Shown here in pieces: positions 34,723-44,808 of a stretch of DNA of 64,000 bases. The position numbers were made by a program, and so were the translations under genes. The stretch's first letter is position 1; every line of letters begins with the position of its first letter. Under the pieces are notes generated by a model. It was given only the letters and a program-made list of their open reading frames with translations. It did not search any database and was not told where the DNA came from. The DNA is taken from contig JBCDFR010000011.1 of the NCBI GenBank assembly GCA_039177505.1, forward strand, positions 4,536 to 68,535, in the 5' to 3' direction. This DNA is from Actinomycetota bacterium (GTDB taxonomy: Bacteria > Actinomycetota > Acidimicrobiia > Acidimicrobiales > Ilumatobacteraceae).

Positions 34723-35943
34723 GTGGAACACGCCGACATTGCGATCATCGGCGCCGGGCCCGCCGGCGCAGCTGCAGCGATCACAGCGGCCGCTGCCGGT
34801 GCTTCGGTCGTCGTGTTCGACAAGGCAGGCTACGGGCGCGACAAGGTGTGCGGTGACGGCCTGACCCCTCGAGCGGTCGGTGCGCTCAACGCCCTCGACA
34901 TCGATACGGAGGGTGCCCATCGAATTCGCGGGCTTCGGATGATCGCCGGGAAGGTCTCACGCGAGCTCGATTGGCCGACGACCGACCGGTTTCCGAATCA
35001 CGGCGCGGTATGGCCGCGTCGCCGCCTTGACGCTGCGCTGATCGATGCGGCGACCAAAGCCGGCGCCGATGTCCGCTGGAATGCCGAAGCTCATCCGGTA
35101 TTCGACGACGATGGTCGCGTGGTCGGCGTGACCTCCGGCGCCGCCGAAGTGCGCGCTGCACTCACCATCGTCGCGGCCGGTGCGCCGGGGGCGGTCGCCC
35201 GCCAGCTCGGCGCCGATCGCGTCCCCGACGAACCATTCGGATTGGCGATCCGGACCTACGCCGAGACGTCGCGCCACACCGACGAACACCTCGAAGCATG
35301 TCTGACCCTGCGCGACGAGCACGGGACACCGGTCCCGGGGTACGGCTGGATGTTCCCAGCCGGTGACGGCACGGTGAACATCGGTGTCGGTGCACTATCG
35401 ACGATGAAGGGCTTCAAGAAGCTCAATCTGAACACGCTGCTTGAGAGCTACCGACAACTCGTGAACGACGAGTGGGAGCTCGGCCCCAACCTCGAACGAC
35501 CACGGGCGTGGCGACTGCCGATGTCGACACTGCGTCGGCACGGTCCCGGTTGGGTGGCGATCGGTGACGCAGCCGGGCTGGTCAACCCGATGAACGGTGA
35601 AGGGATCGACTACGGCCTCGAGTCCGGGATGCTCGCCGTCGATTGCTTCCTCGACGACCCGGCGAGCGCGCCGGCCCGCTACGACGAACTGGTGGGAGAG
35701 CGTTTCGACGCGTTCTTGCGCACGGGCCGGCGGTTCTCCTTCTTGATCGGTCACCCGTGGATCCTGCGTTCGGGTCTGCGGCTCTCGGTGAGCACCGACG
35801 CAATCGCCAACATCACCTTGGCGGTGATGGGCAATCTTGTCGACAACACCACCCCTGGATCAGCTGGCAAGGTCATGTGGGCTGCGGATCGCACACTCGC
35901 CGCCGCCGATCCGATTCTGCGCCGCACTCGCGCCGCGGCCTAG
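34723..35943 (+). CDS. Geranylgeranyl reductase family FAD-dependent oxidoreductase
   Basis: GTG 34723. ADIAIIGAGPAGAAAA; KVCGDGLTPRAV; GDAAGLVNPMNGEGIDYG. Confidence 0.85.
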   Translation: MEHADIAIIGAGPAGAAAAITAAAAGASVVVFDKAGYGRDKVCGDGLTPRAVGALNALDIDTEGAHRIRGLRMIAGKVSRELDWPTTDRFPNHGAVWPRRRLDAALIDAATKAGADVRWNAEAHPVFDDDGRVVGVTSGAAEVRAALTIVAAGAPGAVARQLGADRVPDEPFGLAIRTYAETSRHTDEHLEACLTLRDEHGTPVPGYGWMFPAGDGTVNIGVGALSTMKGFKKLNLNTLLESYRQLVNDEWELGPNLERPRAWRLPMSTLRRHGPGWVAIGDAAGLVNPMNGEGIDYGLESGMLAVDCFLDDPASAPARYDELVGERFDAFLRTGRRFSFLIGHPWILRSGLRLSVSTDAIANITLAVMGNLVDNTTPGSAGKVMWAADRTLAAADPILRRTRAAA

Positions 35944-35973
35944 AACATCTCGTCGCCGTCGCCAGCACCGAGG

Positions 35974-36726
35974 TCAGTCGATGTCCATCGACCGCAGCCG
36001 CCACGCCGCCACGACAACGGCGACCACGGCAACGACCAGTGGCGTGATCACTCCGACGACAAGGGAGAAGTCGGCGAGATCGAGGTCGGCCCCGGTGATG
36101 TCGACCAGGATCGACCGCGTGTACTTGCGCAACGCGAACCGCGCCACGCCGGGACCGGCCTGGGCCACGAATCCCTCCATGATCAAGATGTAGGCCAGTC
36201 CCCACACGATGAACCGTTTGAGCACCACGCCGAACAGCGTGAACACGGCGGTATACGCGGTCACGCCGACCACACCGGCCACGAGAGTGGCCGGCACGAT
36301 CGCGTTACCAACACCGGTGCCGGCGGCGGCCAACGTCAGCGGGATCAGCGTGATCGGTGCGGCCAGCGTGGCCGCAGCAGCAGCTGCGCCGACGACGACC
36401 GGCCAACGGTCGATGGGGCGCAGCCACACGTACACCAACGTCTTGTCGTCACGCAGGTCGCCGATGGCCGCACCGCCGAACACAAGGCATACGACGGGAA
36501 CGACAACACCGAAGCCCAACCCGGCGAGCAGGCCGACGCCGTCGTCGAGCGACGCGTCGGCCACACCCAGCGCGAAGGCCGACACCGTGGCCACCAACGA
36601 CAGCAACGTCAACACCACGATGCGTCCTGGTGTCAGCAGCTGGCGGAGGACGAGCCGATAACACAACGCGATCGCCGTCGTCGGCGGCACTCGGCGCGGC
36701 GCGCTCATCGCTTCGATCTGGGCCAT
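35974..36726 (-). CDS. ABC-2-type transporter permease
   Basis: ATG 36726 gives MAQIEAMSAP. Six hydrophobic segments. It is 1 nt from the upstream ATPase stop. Confidence 0.7.
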   Translation of the reverse strand: MAQIEAMSAPRRVPPTTAIALCYRLVLRQLLTPGRIVVLTLLSLVATVSAFALGVADASLDDGVGLLAGLGFGVVVPVVCLVFGGAAIGDLRDDKTLVYVWLRPIDRWPVVVGAAAAAATLAAPITLIPLTLAAAGTGVGNAIVPATLVAGVVGVTAYTAVFTLFGVVLKRFIVWGLAYILIMEGFVAQAGPGVARFALRKYTRSILVDITGADLDLADFSLVVGVITPLVVAVVAVVVAAWRLRSMDID

Positions 36727-36727
36727 C

Positions 36728-37720
36728 TCAGCGTCCCTCCACCAGGTAGCGGAACACCGATTCCAGATCATCGTCGAGCGGACGCATCTCGCTGAGGCGA
36801 GCATTGGCGCCAACGACCAGCGGCAGGAGCTGTCGGCCGAAGGCGTCGACGTCGAGTGTCTCGATCTCGATCACCGACCCGTCGAGCGTGAGGCCCGACA
36901 CCAGGCCCCGTTCGACCATTGCAGCGGCCACCCTCCGAGCTTCAGAGACCTCGAGCCGGAAACGATGGGGACGATCGTCCATCAGCTCACGCAGATCGCG
37001 ATAGTCACCGGTCGCCACTAGCCGGCCCTGCGCAATGACCAGCACCCGTGAACCGAGGCGAGCCACCTCGTCGAGCACATGGCTCGACACGAGTACGCAC
37101 CGACCGTCGTCGCCGAGGCGGTGGAACAACTCGATCATTCGCCGCCGCTGCACCGGGTCGAGGCCGGTCAACGGCTCGTCGAGAATCATCACCTCGGGGT
37201 CGTTCACCAGTGCGGTCGCCACCTTCACCCGCTGACGCATGCCCTTGGAGAACTGGCCAACCGGTTTGCTCCCGACGTCGAGAAGATCCACCTCGCCCAG
37301 TGCGGCCGCTGCGGCCTGCGTCGGGTCGTCGACCCCATGGCTGCGAGCGGCGAACTCGACGAAGTCGGATGCCGACAGGTGGTCGAACAGCGCGTCCTGC
37401 TGCGGGACGAGACCGATGCGGCCGCGTACGTCACGATCGTCGCGCGGGTCGCATCCGAGGACGCGCACTTGACCCCGCGACGGCGGGGTCAAACCACAGA
37501 GCATGCGGAACAACGTCGACTTACCCGCACCGTTCGGACCGAGGAGCGCGGTGACACCCGGGCCGACATCGAAGGCAACATCGCTCACGGCGACGACCGA
37601 ACCGTAGAACTTGGACACCGCGTCGACCGACAACATCCCGTCACCCGGCGCGACAGCGAACGTTGCGCGCGATCTCGGGGCGGGCGGTGTGAGCGGGTTC
37701 GGTGGCGGCAGCGTCGTCAT
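36728..37720 (-). CDS. ABC transporter ATP-binding protein
   Basis: ATG 37720 gives MTTLPPPNPL. Walker A GPNGAGKST; signature FSKGMRQRV; Walker B ILDEPLTGLD; H-loop SSHVL. It overlaps the upstream permease by 4 nt. Confidence 0.9.
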   Translation of the reverse strand: MTTLPPPNPLTPPAPRSRATFAVAPGDGMLSVDAVSKFYGSVVAVSDVAFDVGPGVTALLGPNGAGKSTLFRMLCGLTPPSRGQVRVLGCDPRDDRDVRGRIGLVPQQDALFDHLSASDFVEFAARSHGVDDPTQAAAAALGEVDLLDVGSKPVGQFSKGMRQRVKVATALVNDPEVMILDEPLTGLDPVQRRRMIELFHRLGDDGRCVLVSSHVLDEVARLGSRVLVIAQGRLVATGDYRDLRELMDDRPHRFRLEVSEARRVAAAMVERGLVSGLTLDGSVIEIETLDVDAFGRQLLPLVVGANARLSEMRPLDDDLESVFRYLVEGR

Positions 37721-38583
37721 CTGGCGATCACCAACCGGAGGTACCGCCACGAGACGACAGCGAGACCTGCTGCGGTCCACGCAAGGTTGGCCGCGATCAC
37801 CGACCACGTAGCCAGATCGGGGAAGTTGCCCGCCTGACCGAAGATGCGGAATACCAACTCGAACGGCATCGTCGAGAGGTCGAGCATCCGCCAATACACC
37901 GGCGCGTCGGCGCCATCGACCAACGCACCGGCGAACGCGCTCGATGCGAAGACCAGCAAGATGATGCCGATCGCCGCGAACGCCTTGCGGTCGGTGACAC
38001 TCGACGCCGCCATCGACACCGCCATCAGAGCGGCCGAGATGGCCACGCCCGACAACAGGATGCGCGCAAACACGAGCAACCACGCGTCGAGGCCGTCGGG
38101 CCCTGATCCATCGAAGGTGTACCCAGCGAGCACGAGGAGCGGCGGTCCGATCGTGACGAGGGCCAACGTGCCGGCGACTGCGACGGCCTTGGCGGCCAGG
38201 TACGTGCCCCGGTGCAACGGCGTCGACAGATACAAAGCGAGCATTCCGTTGCGCCGGTCGGTGACCAACATCTCGGGTGCGACCAGCGCGGCGAAGAGGA
38301 AGATCGCCAGTGTGATGAAGCCGTAGTACGAGGCGTAGTCGGCAACATCTTCGGGGTCGACGACGTCGCCCGGGATCAGGACCGAGATCCCAACGAACAC
38401 GATCGCCGGGACATAGGCGATGACCACGGCGATCACCGGGAAGATCTTCGAGCGTGCCGGTCGACCCAGCCCGAGCGTGGCCCGCGCCGACTGCCACGCG
38501 ACGCTGCGAATCGCGCCCGCAACACCTGACCGCGCGCCGTCGTAGCGCTGGAACCCCCTCTCGACGATGCGGGCGTCGCTCAC
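37717..38583 (-). CDS. ABC-2-type transporter permease
   Basis: Six hydrophobic segments. 4-nt overlaps on both sides. Confidence 0.7.
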   Translation of the reverse strand: MSDARIVERGFQRYDGARSGVAGAIRSVAWQSARATLGLGRPARSKIFPVIAVVIAYVPAIVFVGISVLIPGDVVDPEDVADYASYYGFITLAIFLFAALVAPEMLVTDRRNGMLALYLSTPLHRGTYLAAKAVAVAGTLALVTIGPPLLVLAGYTFDGSGPDGLDAWLLVFARILLSGVAISAALMAVSMAASSVTDRKAFAAIGIILLVFASSAFAGALVDGADAPVYWRMLDLSTMPFELVFRIFGQAGNFPDLATWSVIAANLAWTAAGLAVVSWRYLRLVIAR

Positions 38584-39512
38584 GACGTCACCCGCGGATC
38601 GTCGAACAGATCGTCGAGCGAGCGCCGTCGGCGTTCGAGGCGACGCAGTCGTGCACCGTGCCGAGCGATTGCCGCCCCGGCGAGATCGAACAAGACATCG
38701 TCGTCGGCGCCGTCGAGCGCGACGATCGATCCAGTCCGGTCGGCACCCAAGCCCGCCGCCATGAGATCGGCGACGATCTCGTCGATCGCCTGCGGTCGAT
38801 CTCGCACCTCGACGAACTCGATCTCCAGACCACCGGTCGTCCCGGCGAGTTCATGCAGCGGTCCCTGGGCGATGAGCCGACCTTCATCGAGCGCAACGAC
38901 TCGATCGCACACCCGCTCGACCTCCTCCAACACGTGCGACGACAGAATCACGTCGATCCCGAAGTTGCGGTTGACCTGGCGGATGATCGCCAACATCTCG
39001 TCACGCTGCACCGGGTCGAGGCCATCGGTCGGTTCGTCGAGGACGATCAATCGCGGATCGGCCGCGATCGCCTGCGCCAACTTGACGCGCTGGCGTTGGC
39101 CCGTCGACATGGTGCCGAGCGCACGGAAGCGCTCCTCGCCGAGCCCGACGAGATAGAGCGAATCGCTGGCCCGACTGCGCGCCTCGTCGCGCGGCAGGCC
39201 TTTGACCTCCGCGAGATGATGTACGAAGTCGTAGGCCCGCATGTCGTCGGGTAACACGTTGCGTTCCGGGCCATAGCCGATGAGGGCGCGCAACTCTGGG
39301 CCGTCGGGGCCCGGGTCGCGGCCGAGGACCCGTATCGATCCTGCGGTCGGCCGAAGCAGCCCCAACATGAGCGAGATCAACGTCGTCTTGCCGGCCCCAT
39401 TGGCACCGACGAGGCCAGTCACGCCGGCGTCGATCGAGATGTCGAGCCGATCGAGGGCGAGCGTCGCGGGGAATTGCATCACGAGTTGCTGCGATTCGAC
39501 GATCATCGTCAC
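38580..39512 (-). CDS. ABC transporter ATP-binding protein
   Basis: Walker A GANGAGKTT; signature MSTGQRQRV; Walker B VLDEPTDGLD; SSHVLEEV. Start is GTG 39512 or ATG 39506. Confidence 0.9.
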   Translation of the reverse strand: MTMIVESQQLVMQFPATLALDRLDISIDAGVTGLVGANGAGKTTLISLMLGLLRPTAGSIRVLGRDPGPDGPELRALIGYGPERNVLPDDMRAYDFVHHLAEVKGLPRDEARSRASDSLYLVGLGEERFRALGTMSTGQRQRVKLAQAIAADPRLIVLDEPTDGLDPVQRDEMLAIIRQVNRNFGIDVILSSHVLEEVERVCDRVVALDEGRLIAQGPLHELAGTTGGLEIEFVEVRDRPQAIDEIVADLMAAGLGADRTGSIVALDGADDDVLFDLAGAAIARHGARLRRLERRRRSLDDLFDDPRVTS

Positions 39513-39578
39513 CGCCGACGAGTTTGTCAGCTCGTCGCCGAGTCATCCCGACGGACCACGCCTGAGTACGGTCGACCC

Positions 39579-40418
39579 ATGGGGATCGTGCACTGCCCGC
39601 CCGACACCGACGCCGAGGAGCTCGAAGCGATCATCCGTCGCGACGGCGCGCTCGTGGTCGACGATCTGGCGTCGGCCGATCTCATCGATCGCATCGACGC
39701 TGAGATGACCCCGTTCGTCGACGCCACGCCGATGGGCAGCGATGACTTCTCAGGCCGCACGACTGCGCGTACCGGAGCGCTGATCGCTCGTTCGCCGTCG
39801 AGTCATGCACTCATCCAACATCCGCTGGTCCTCGATGTCGCCGGCCGACTCCTCGATCGGGCCAAGAGCTTCCAGCTGCACCTCACCCAGATGATCTCGA
39901 TCGGGCCGAACTCCCCGGGTCAGGCGATCCACCGCGATCAATGGGCGTTCGACTTCTACGACTTCCCGACCGACTATCACGTGCAGTGCAACACCATCTG
40001 GGCGATGACCGACTTCACCGAGGCCAACGGTGCAACCCGCGTGATGCCCAACAGCCAGGACCTCCCGAACAGTTTCGAGTACACGGTCGACGACACCGTG
40101 CCCGCCGAGATGACCCGCGGGTCGTGCCTCCTGTACACCGGCAAGGTCTACCACGGCGGCGGCGCCAACCAGACCGCCGACACGCGCCGCGGCCTGAACA
40201 TCACCTACAACGTGTCATGGCTCCGCCAGGAGGAGAACCAGTACCTCTCGGTCGCGCCAGAAGTCGCCGCCGAACTCCCCGACGACCTGCTGCGACTGAT
40301 GGGGTATCAACTCGGCGCGTACGCGCTGGGTTACATCGACGACGTGCGTGACCCACTCGCCGCAGTGCGCGGCGAGCAGGTCGATGGCGGACCAAGCTTT
40401 GCGCCCACGCCGCGTTAG
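39579..40418 (+). CDS. Phytanoyl-CoA dioxygenase (PhyH) family Fe(II)/2-oxoglutarate oxygenase
   Basis: ATG 39579. H-x-D in QAIHRDQ; GATRVMPNS; distal His in VYHGGGAN; RRGLNITY. Confidence 0.8.
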   Translation: MGIVHCPPDTDAEELEAIIRRDGALVVDDLASADLIDRIDAEMTPFVDATPMGSDDFSGRTTARTGALIARSPSSHALIQHPLVLDVAGRLLDRAKSFQLHLTQMISIGPNSPGQAIHRDQWAFDFYDFPTDYHVQCNTIWAMTDFTEANGATRVMPNSQDLPNSFEYTVDDTVPAEMTRGSCLLYTGKVYHGGGANQTADTRRGLNITYNVSWLRQEENQYLSVAPEVAAELPDDLLRLMGYQLGAYALGYIDDVRDPLAAVRGEQVDGGPSFAPTPR

Positions 40419-40436
40419 CGGCGGGGGCCACATCGA

Positions 40437-41336
40437 TCAGGCGCCGATCAGCCGCTTCTGATCGAAGCGCTCGAGCGCCTCGATGCGATCCGCGGTGGGC
40501 GGGTGTGTCGAGAACAGGCGGGCGAGGTTCGGCCCGCTGTTGCGGCGTCGACGACCACCCTCGAACTCGGCGAGCGGGTTGTGGATGTAAGCGTAGGCCT
40601 GCGCTGGTGCGACCTCCATCGGGGTGCGGCTGGCCAGCGACTCGATCCGGCGAAGTGCGTTGGCCATCGAACGGCCGCTGCCGAGCAGCTCGGCCGCGCC
40701 GCGGTCGGCTTCGAACTCACGCGATCGGCTGACCGCCATCTGCATCAACGATGCGGCGATCGGCGCGAGGAGCGCCACTGCCAGTAGTGCGATCGGGTTG
40801 CGATTCTCGTCGCTACGTCCACCACCGAACAGCGACGCCCACATCGCGATGTTGGCGATGAAGGAGATCGCCGTCGCGATCGCCGCCGCAATTGATCCGA
40901 TCAGGATGTCGCGATGGCGGACGTGCATCAGCTCGTGGGCCATCACCGCTTCCACCTCATCGCGCGGCAGCGACTGGAGCAAACCCTGCGTGGCGCACAC
41001 GACAGCATAGTTGGGGTTGCGGCCGGTGGCGAACGCGTTGGGCTGGGCGTCGGGCGAGATCGCGACCGTGGGCATGGGCATATCAGCTCGCTGCGCAAGT
41101 GAACGAACGATCCCGTAGAACTCGGGTGCGTCGGCCTCGGTCACCACGCGCGCACGCGCCGACTTGAGCGCGAGGCGGTCGCTGAACCAGTAGCTGCCGC
41201 CGACCATCACGAGGGCGAACAACAGACCGATGAGCAGGGCGGTCGAGCTGCCGCCGCCGAGGACGCCGGCGACGACCACGATCAGGCCGCCGAGCCCACC
41301 GAGGAGGGCAGTGGTCTTGAGAGTGTTCTTGAACAT
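40437..41336 (-). CDS. htpX: Zinc metalloprotease HtpX (M48)
   Basis: Two N-terminal TM segments; PNAFATGRNP; zinc motif HELMHVRHRD; C-terminal STHPPTADRIEAL. Confidence 0.95.
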   Translation of the reverse strand: MFKNTLKTTALLGGLGGLIVVVAGVLGGGSSTALLIGLLFALVMVGGSYWFSDRLALKSARARVVTEADAPEFYGIVRSLAQRADMPMPTVAISPDAQPNAFATGRNPNYAVVCATQGLLQSLPRDEVEAVMAHELMHVRHRDILIGSIAAAIATAISFIANIAMWASLFGGGRSDENRNPIALLAVALLAPIAASLMQMAVSRSREFEADRGAAELLGSGRSMANALRRIESLASRTPMEVAPAQAYAYIHNPLAEFEGGRRRRNSGPNLARLFSTHPPTADRIEALERFDQKRLIGA

Positions 41337-41440
41337 CGTGTCTGATACAACGACGCGGGGTCACCGCTGATTCCGCACGAGTACCCGCTCTCACCTGCTT
41401 CTCACCAAGGGCTCGCGAGGCAGGCGAGCTGAGCGGGCGA

Positions 41441-42214
41441 TCAGACCGGCAGTAGGTCGGCGGCGGTGAACGCCGAGCCGAAGCGCACACACCAGACAAC
41501 GACGGTGTCGTACACCGCGAGATCGACCTCGGCCGGGATCTCGTAGTTCTGGTTGCCGATGTTGCCCTGAAGGTCACCAAGGTCGATGAAGTCGTCGTCG
41601 AAGGTGCCCTCGTCCGCGTTGGCCTCGGAGTTGACGAGATACACGTTGAGGTCTGGCCCGTTGTCGGTGGCGAAGTCCTCGAAGCGCAGGAACCGTTGTT
41701 CGCTGCCGTCGTTGAGGACGAAGGCACGACCCTCGCCCGAGTACCGGCCGCGGGGGATGAAGCTGCCTTCCACGAGGGTCGCGATCTGCGCCTCGGCCGA
41801 TGCCGTCGCGACGGGTGTCTCGGTGGTTGGGGACACATCGTCGTTCGCGGTCTCATCCGCTGCCTCGCTCGTTGCTTCGGCGACGGCATCGAGCGAGGCC
41901 TGCACCTCACCGCCCGGGCCGGACTTGTCGATCTTGTTCTCATCGGTGCCGATCACTGCTTCGTCGCCGCCGGTCGTGGCAGCGTCGGCCGCTGGCGTCT
42001 CCTCGACGACGACCACCTCGTCGGGGCTGACCGATGCCGCGCCTTGCGCCGACGCGTCGGCTCCGGAGTCGAACACCGGGCCGGCCTCGTCGACCTCGTC
42101 GTCGATGAACATCAGGTGGAAAGCGAAGACGAAGAAGAACAGGTAGATGCCGATTCCAGCCAGCACGACGCCCGCCGGGATCAGGAACTTCAGATTGCGG
42201 CGAACCCACTGCAT
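41441..42214 (-). CDS. Membrane-anchored DM13-domain protein
   Basis: ATG 42214 gives MQWVRRNLKFLIPAGVVLAGIGIYLFFFVFAF (anchor), then an acidic linker. The C-terminal DM13-like block is GSFIPRGRYSGEGRAFVL...FLRFEDFATDNGPDLNVYL. Confidence 0.7.
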   Translation of the reverse strand: MQWVRRNLKFLIPAGVVLAGIGIYLFFFVFAFHLMFIDDEVDEAGPVFDSGADASAQGAASVSPDEVVVVEETPAADAATTGGDEAVIGTDENKIDKSGPGGEVQASLDAVAEATSEAADETANDDVSPTTETPVATASAEAQIATLVEGSFIPRGRYSGEGRAFVLNDGSEQRFLRFEDFATDNGPDLNVYLVNSEANADEGTFDDDFIDLGDLQGNIGNQNYEIPAEVDLAVYDTVVVWCVRFGSAFTAADLLPV

Positions 42215-42321
42215 GGACCGACACGCTACGGGTGAGCGGTGCGGGCCGTCTGGCGCTCGGCGCGACGTCTCGATTCGTTCGGCGCCTGTTCCCAGATCGG
42301 CAAGGTCTTCTGGAACGGGCG

Positions 42322-44754
42322 CTATACCGGCACCGGGTCGCGATCGTCGGCCGCTTCGTCTGACTCGTCGGCCTGCTCGATCACCGACGTGTGGGCGCCG
42401 CCCTCCACGTTCAGGGTGGGCAACAATCGGTCGAGCCAGCCGGGCAACCACCAGTTGCGGGCACCGAGCAGTTGCATCGTCGCCGGCACGAGCAGCATTC
42501 GTACGAGTGTCGCATCGAGGAACACCGCCGTCGCCAGGCCGAGACCGAACATCTTGATGATGCGGTTGTCTTCGAGCACGAACGAGCCGAAGACCACGAC
42601 CATGATCGCTGCCGCAGCAGTGATCACTCGTGCTGTTGCGGCCAGGCCGTCGGCGACCGAGTTGATCGCATCCCCGGTGCGGTCGAACTCCTCTTTCACC
42701 CGCGACAGGAGGAACACCTCGTAGTCCATCGACAGACCGAACACGATGGCGAACATCATCATCGGCAAGAACGGCTCGATCGGGCCGGCGGAGGTTCCGA
42801 ACAGCTGCACGCCCCACCCCCACTGGAACACCGCCACCACGATGCCGTAGGCACCGCCGATCGACAGCATGTTCATGATCACGGCCTTGAGCGGCACGAG
42901 CAGCGAGCGGAACACCATCATCAGCAATATGAACGACAGACTCAGGACGGCGGCGAAGAAGATCGGAATACGGTCGGCGAGGTAGTCGCTGAAGTCGATG
43001 TTGGCGGCCACCGTCCCGGTCACATTGACGACCACCGGTGTGCCGTCGGCGGACTCGAAGAGCACCTCTCCCCGGAGCTGTTCGACCAGCTCGGACGTGG
43101 CTTCGTCTTGCGGCCCGGTCACTGGAGTGACCTGAATAATCGCCGCTTCAGGGTTCGCCGGGTCGTTGGGGATCGGGCCGACGACGCTGGCCACACCCTC
43201 GGTCGCCTCGACAGCGGCAGCCACCCCGACGAGGGTCTGGAGATCGTCGGGCGAGCCCAACTCGGCGGTGAGCAATAGCGGGCCGTTCGTGCCCGCACCG
43301 AACGCCTCGGTGGTGAGGTCGTAGGCGGCACGGGTCGTGGTGTCTTCGGCGAAGTTGCTCTCGTCGCTGAATCCGAGCCGCAATCCGAACAACGGGATGG
43401 TCAGGACGAGGAGGAACGCCGTGGTGGCGAGCGCGATCCACCACGGGCGGGCCTGCACAAAGCGGCTCCAGCGATACGACAACGTCTCTCGGAGGGGCTT
43501 CTCTCGACGCGGCGGCAACTCGCGCCGCAGCGGCGCGACGGCCAGCGAGGCGAGAAGTACGACCGCTGCGATCGGTGCTCCGACGAGCAACGGCTCGATA
43601 CCGAGACCCAGCCCGAGCAGCGACAACGACACGAACCCGGCCGCGATCAGCCCACGCACTCGTGTGACCTCGACGCGCCGCTGTGCGAACCCGAGCAGCG
43701 CAGGCAACAGCGTGACCGAAGCGGTCATGGTGACGAGCACGGTGACTGCCGCTCCGGTAGCCAACCCGTTGATGAACGACAGACCCATGATGAACATCCC
43801 GAGCAGCGAGATCACCACGGTGAAGCCGGCGAACACGACGGCGCGCCCGGCGGTGTCGATCGCCGCGATCGTGGCCTGCTCCGGTTCGAGTCCGGCACGC
43901 AGCCCCTCTCGATATCGGGTGACGATGAACAACGCGTAGTCGATACCGACGCCGATACCAATCATCGCTCCCAACGTGATGGCGAAGTCGGGGACTGTCA
44001 TCACGTTGGCCACCAACGTGATGAGCGCGGCGCCGATGCCAACACCGAATAGGGCCACGCCGATCGGCAGCCCCATAGCAAGCACCGAGCCGAACGACAC
44101 GATCAAGATGACGATGGCGAAGGCGAGGCCGATCAGCTCCGACTCGGGCGGCTCGAACTCTCCGAGCGCTTGACCGCCCACCTCGACCGTGAGTCCGTCG
44201 ATGTCGGTCGGCCGAAGGTCGAGGATCTCCGCGCCGATTTCGGTCGCTTCCACCTCGTCGACGGTCTCAGCGAGGTCGACCTGGGCATAGGCCACCTGAC
44301 CGGCGAGTGGACCATCAGTCGCCGTCAGCCCGAGCGCTGCGCCCTGCGGTGAGTACGGGCTCACGACATCGACGCCGTCGATGGCGTCGACCTCCTCGAA
44401 CAACTCGGTCATTGCCGCTGACACCTCGGCGTCGTCGATGCCCTGGTCGGCTTGGAACACAATCGTGCCCGACATGCCGCTGCCGAAGCCGTCGAAGTAG
44501 GTGTCGAGGGTGTCGAAGCCGCTCTTCGACTCCGAGTCGGGAATGGAGAACGAGTTGTCACTCGAACCGCCGAACGCTCCAGACAGCCCCAGAACGGCAA
44601 CCAGAATCGCTACCCAGGCAGCTGCCACACGACGACGGCGACGGAACGCGAACCCACCCAGGCGGGCCCACATCGACGGTGACGCCGGTGGGGCGGAGGG
44701 GACCGAGTCGTCGACGCGCGGCTCGTCTCGGACATAAGTGGACGTTGTGTTCAT
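42322..44754 (-). CDS. MMPL-family (RND superfamily) transporter
   Basis: ATG 44754 gives MNTTSTY. The architecture is duplicated: TM1, extracytoplasmic domain, 5 TM, repeated. MMPL blocks: GIGVGIDYALFIVTRYRE and FGLSMDYEVFLLSRVKEE. Confidence 0.9.
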   Translation of the reverse strand: MNTTSTYVRDEPRVDDSVPSAPPASPSMWARLGGFAFRRRRRVAAAWVAILVAVLGLSGAFGGSSDNSFSIPDSESKSGFDTLDTYFDGFGSGMSGTIVFQADQGIDDAEVSAAMTELFEEVDAIDGVDVVSPYSPQGAALGLTATDGPLAGQVAYAQVDLAETVDEVEATEIGAEILDLRPTDIDGLTVEVGGQALGEFEPPESELIGLAFAIVILIVSFGSVLAMGLPIGVALFGVGIGAALITLVANVMTVPDFAITLGAMIGIGVGIDYALFIVTRYREGLRAGLEPEQATIAAIDTAGRAVVFAGFTVVISLLGMFIMGLSFINGLATGAAVTVLVTMTASVTLLPALLGFAQRRVEVTRVRGLIAAGFVSLSLLGLGLGIEPLLVGAPIAAVVLLASLAVAPLRRELPPRREKPLRETLSYRWSRFVQARPWWIALATTAFLLVLTIPLFGLRLGFSDESNFAEDTTTRAAYDLTTEAFGAGTNGPLLLTAELGSPDDLQTLVGVAAAVEATEGVASVVGPIPNDPANPEAAIIQVTPVTGPQDEATSELVEQLRGEVLFESADGTPVVVNVTGTVAANIDFSDYLADRIPIFFAAVLSLSFILLMMVFRSLLVPLKAVIMNMLSIGGAYGIVVAVFQWGWGVQLFGTSAGPIEPFLPMMMFAIVFGLSMDYEVFLLSRVKEEFDRTGDAINSVADGLAATARVITAAAAIMVVVFGSFVLEDNRIIKMFGLGLATAVFLDATLVRMLLVPATMQLLGARNWWLPGWLDRLLPTLNVEGGAHTSVIEQADESDEAADDRDPVPV

Positions 44755-44808
44755 TAGTGGACAAGTTGACCAGTACAGTGGAGACGGTGCAAGTGATAAT
44801 CGGCAGTT

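Noticed and set aside
37721-38497. Upstream extension of track ORF 36728..38497
   Set aside because: It lies out of frame over the ABC-2 permease 37717..38583. The ATPase starts at ATG 37720 with the usual ATGA overlap.
44755-44808. Search for a palindromic TetR operator between the TetR and MMPL genes
   Set aside because: Only short direct GTGGA repeats are present, and I could find no convincing inverted repeat by eye. No operator is reported.
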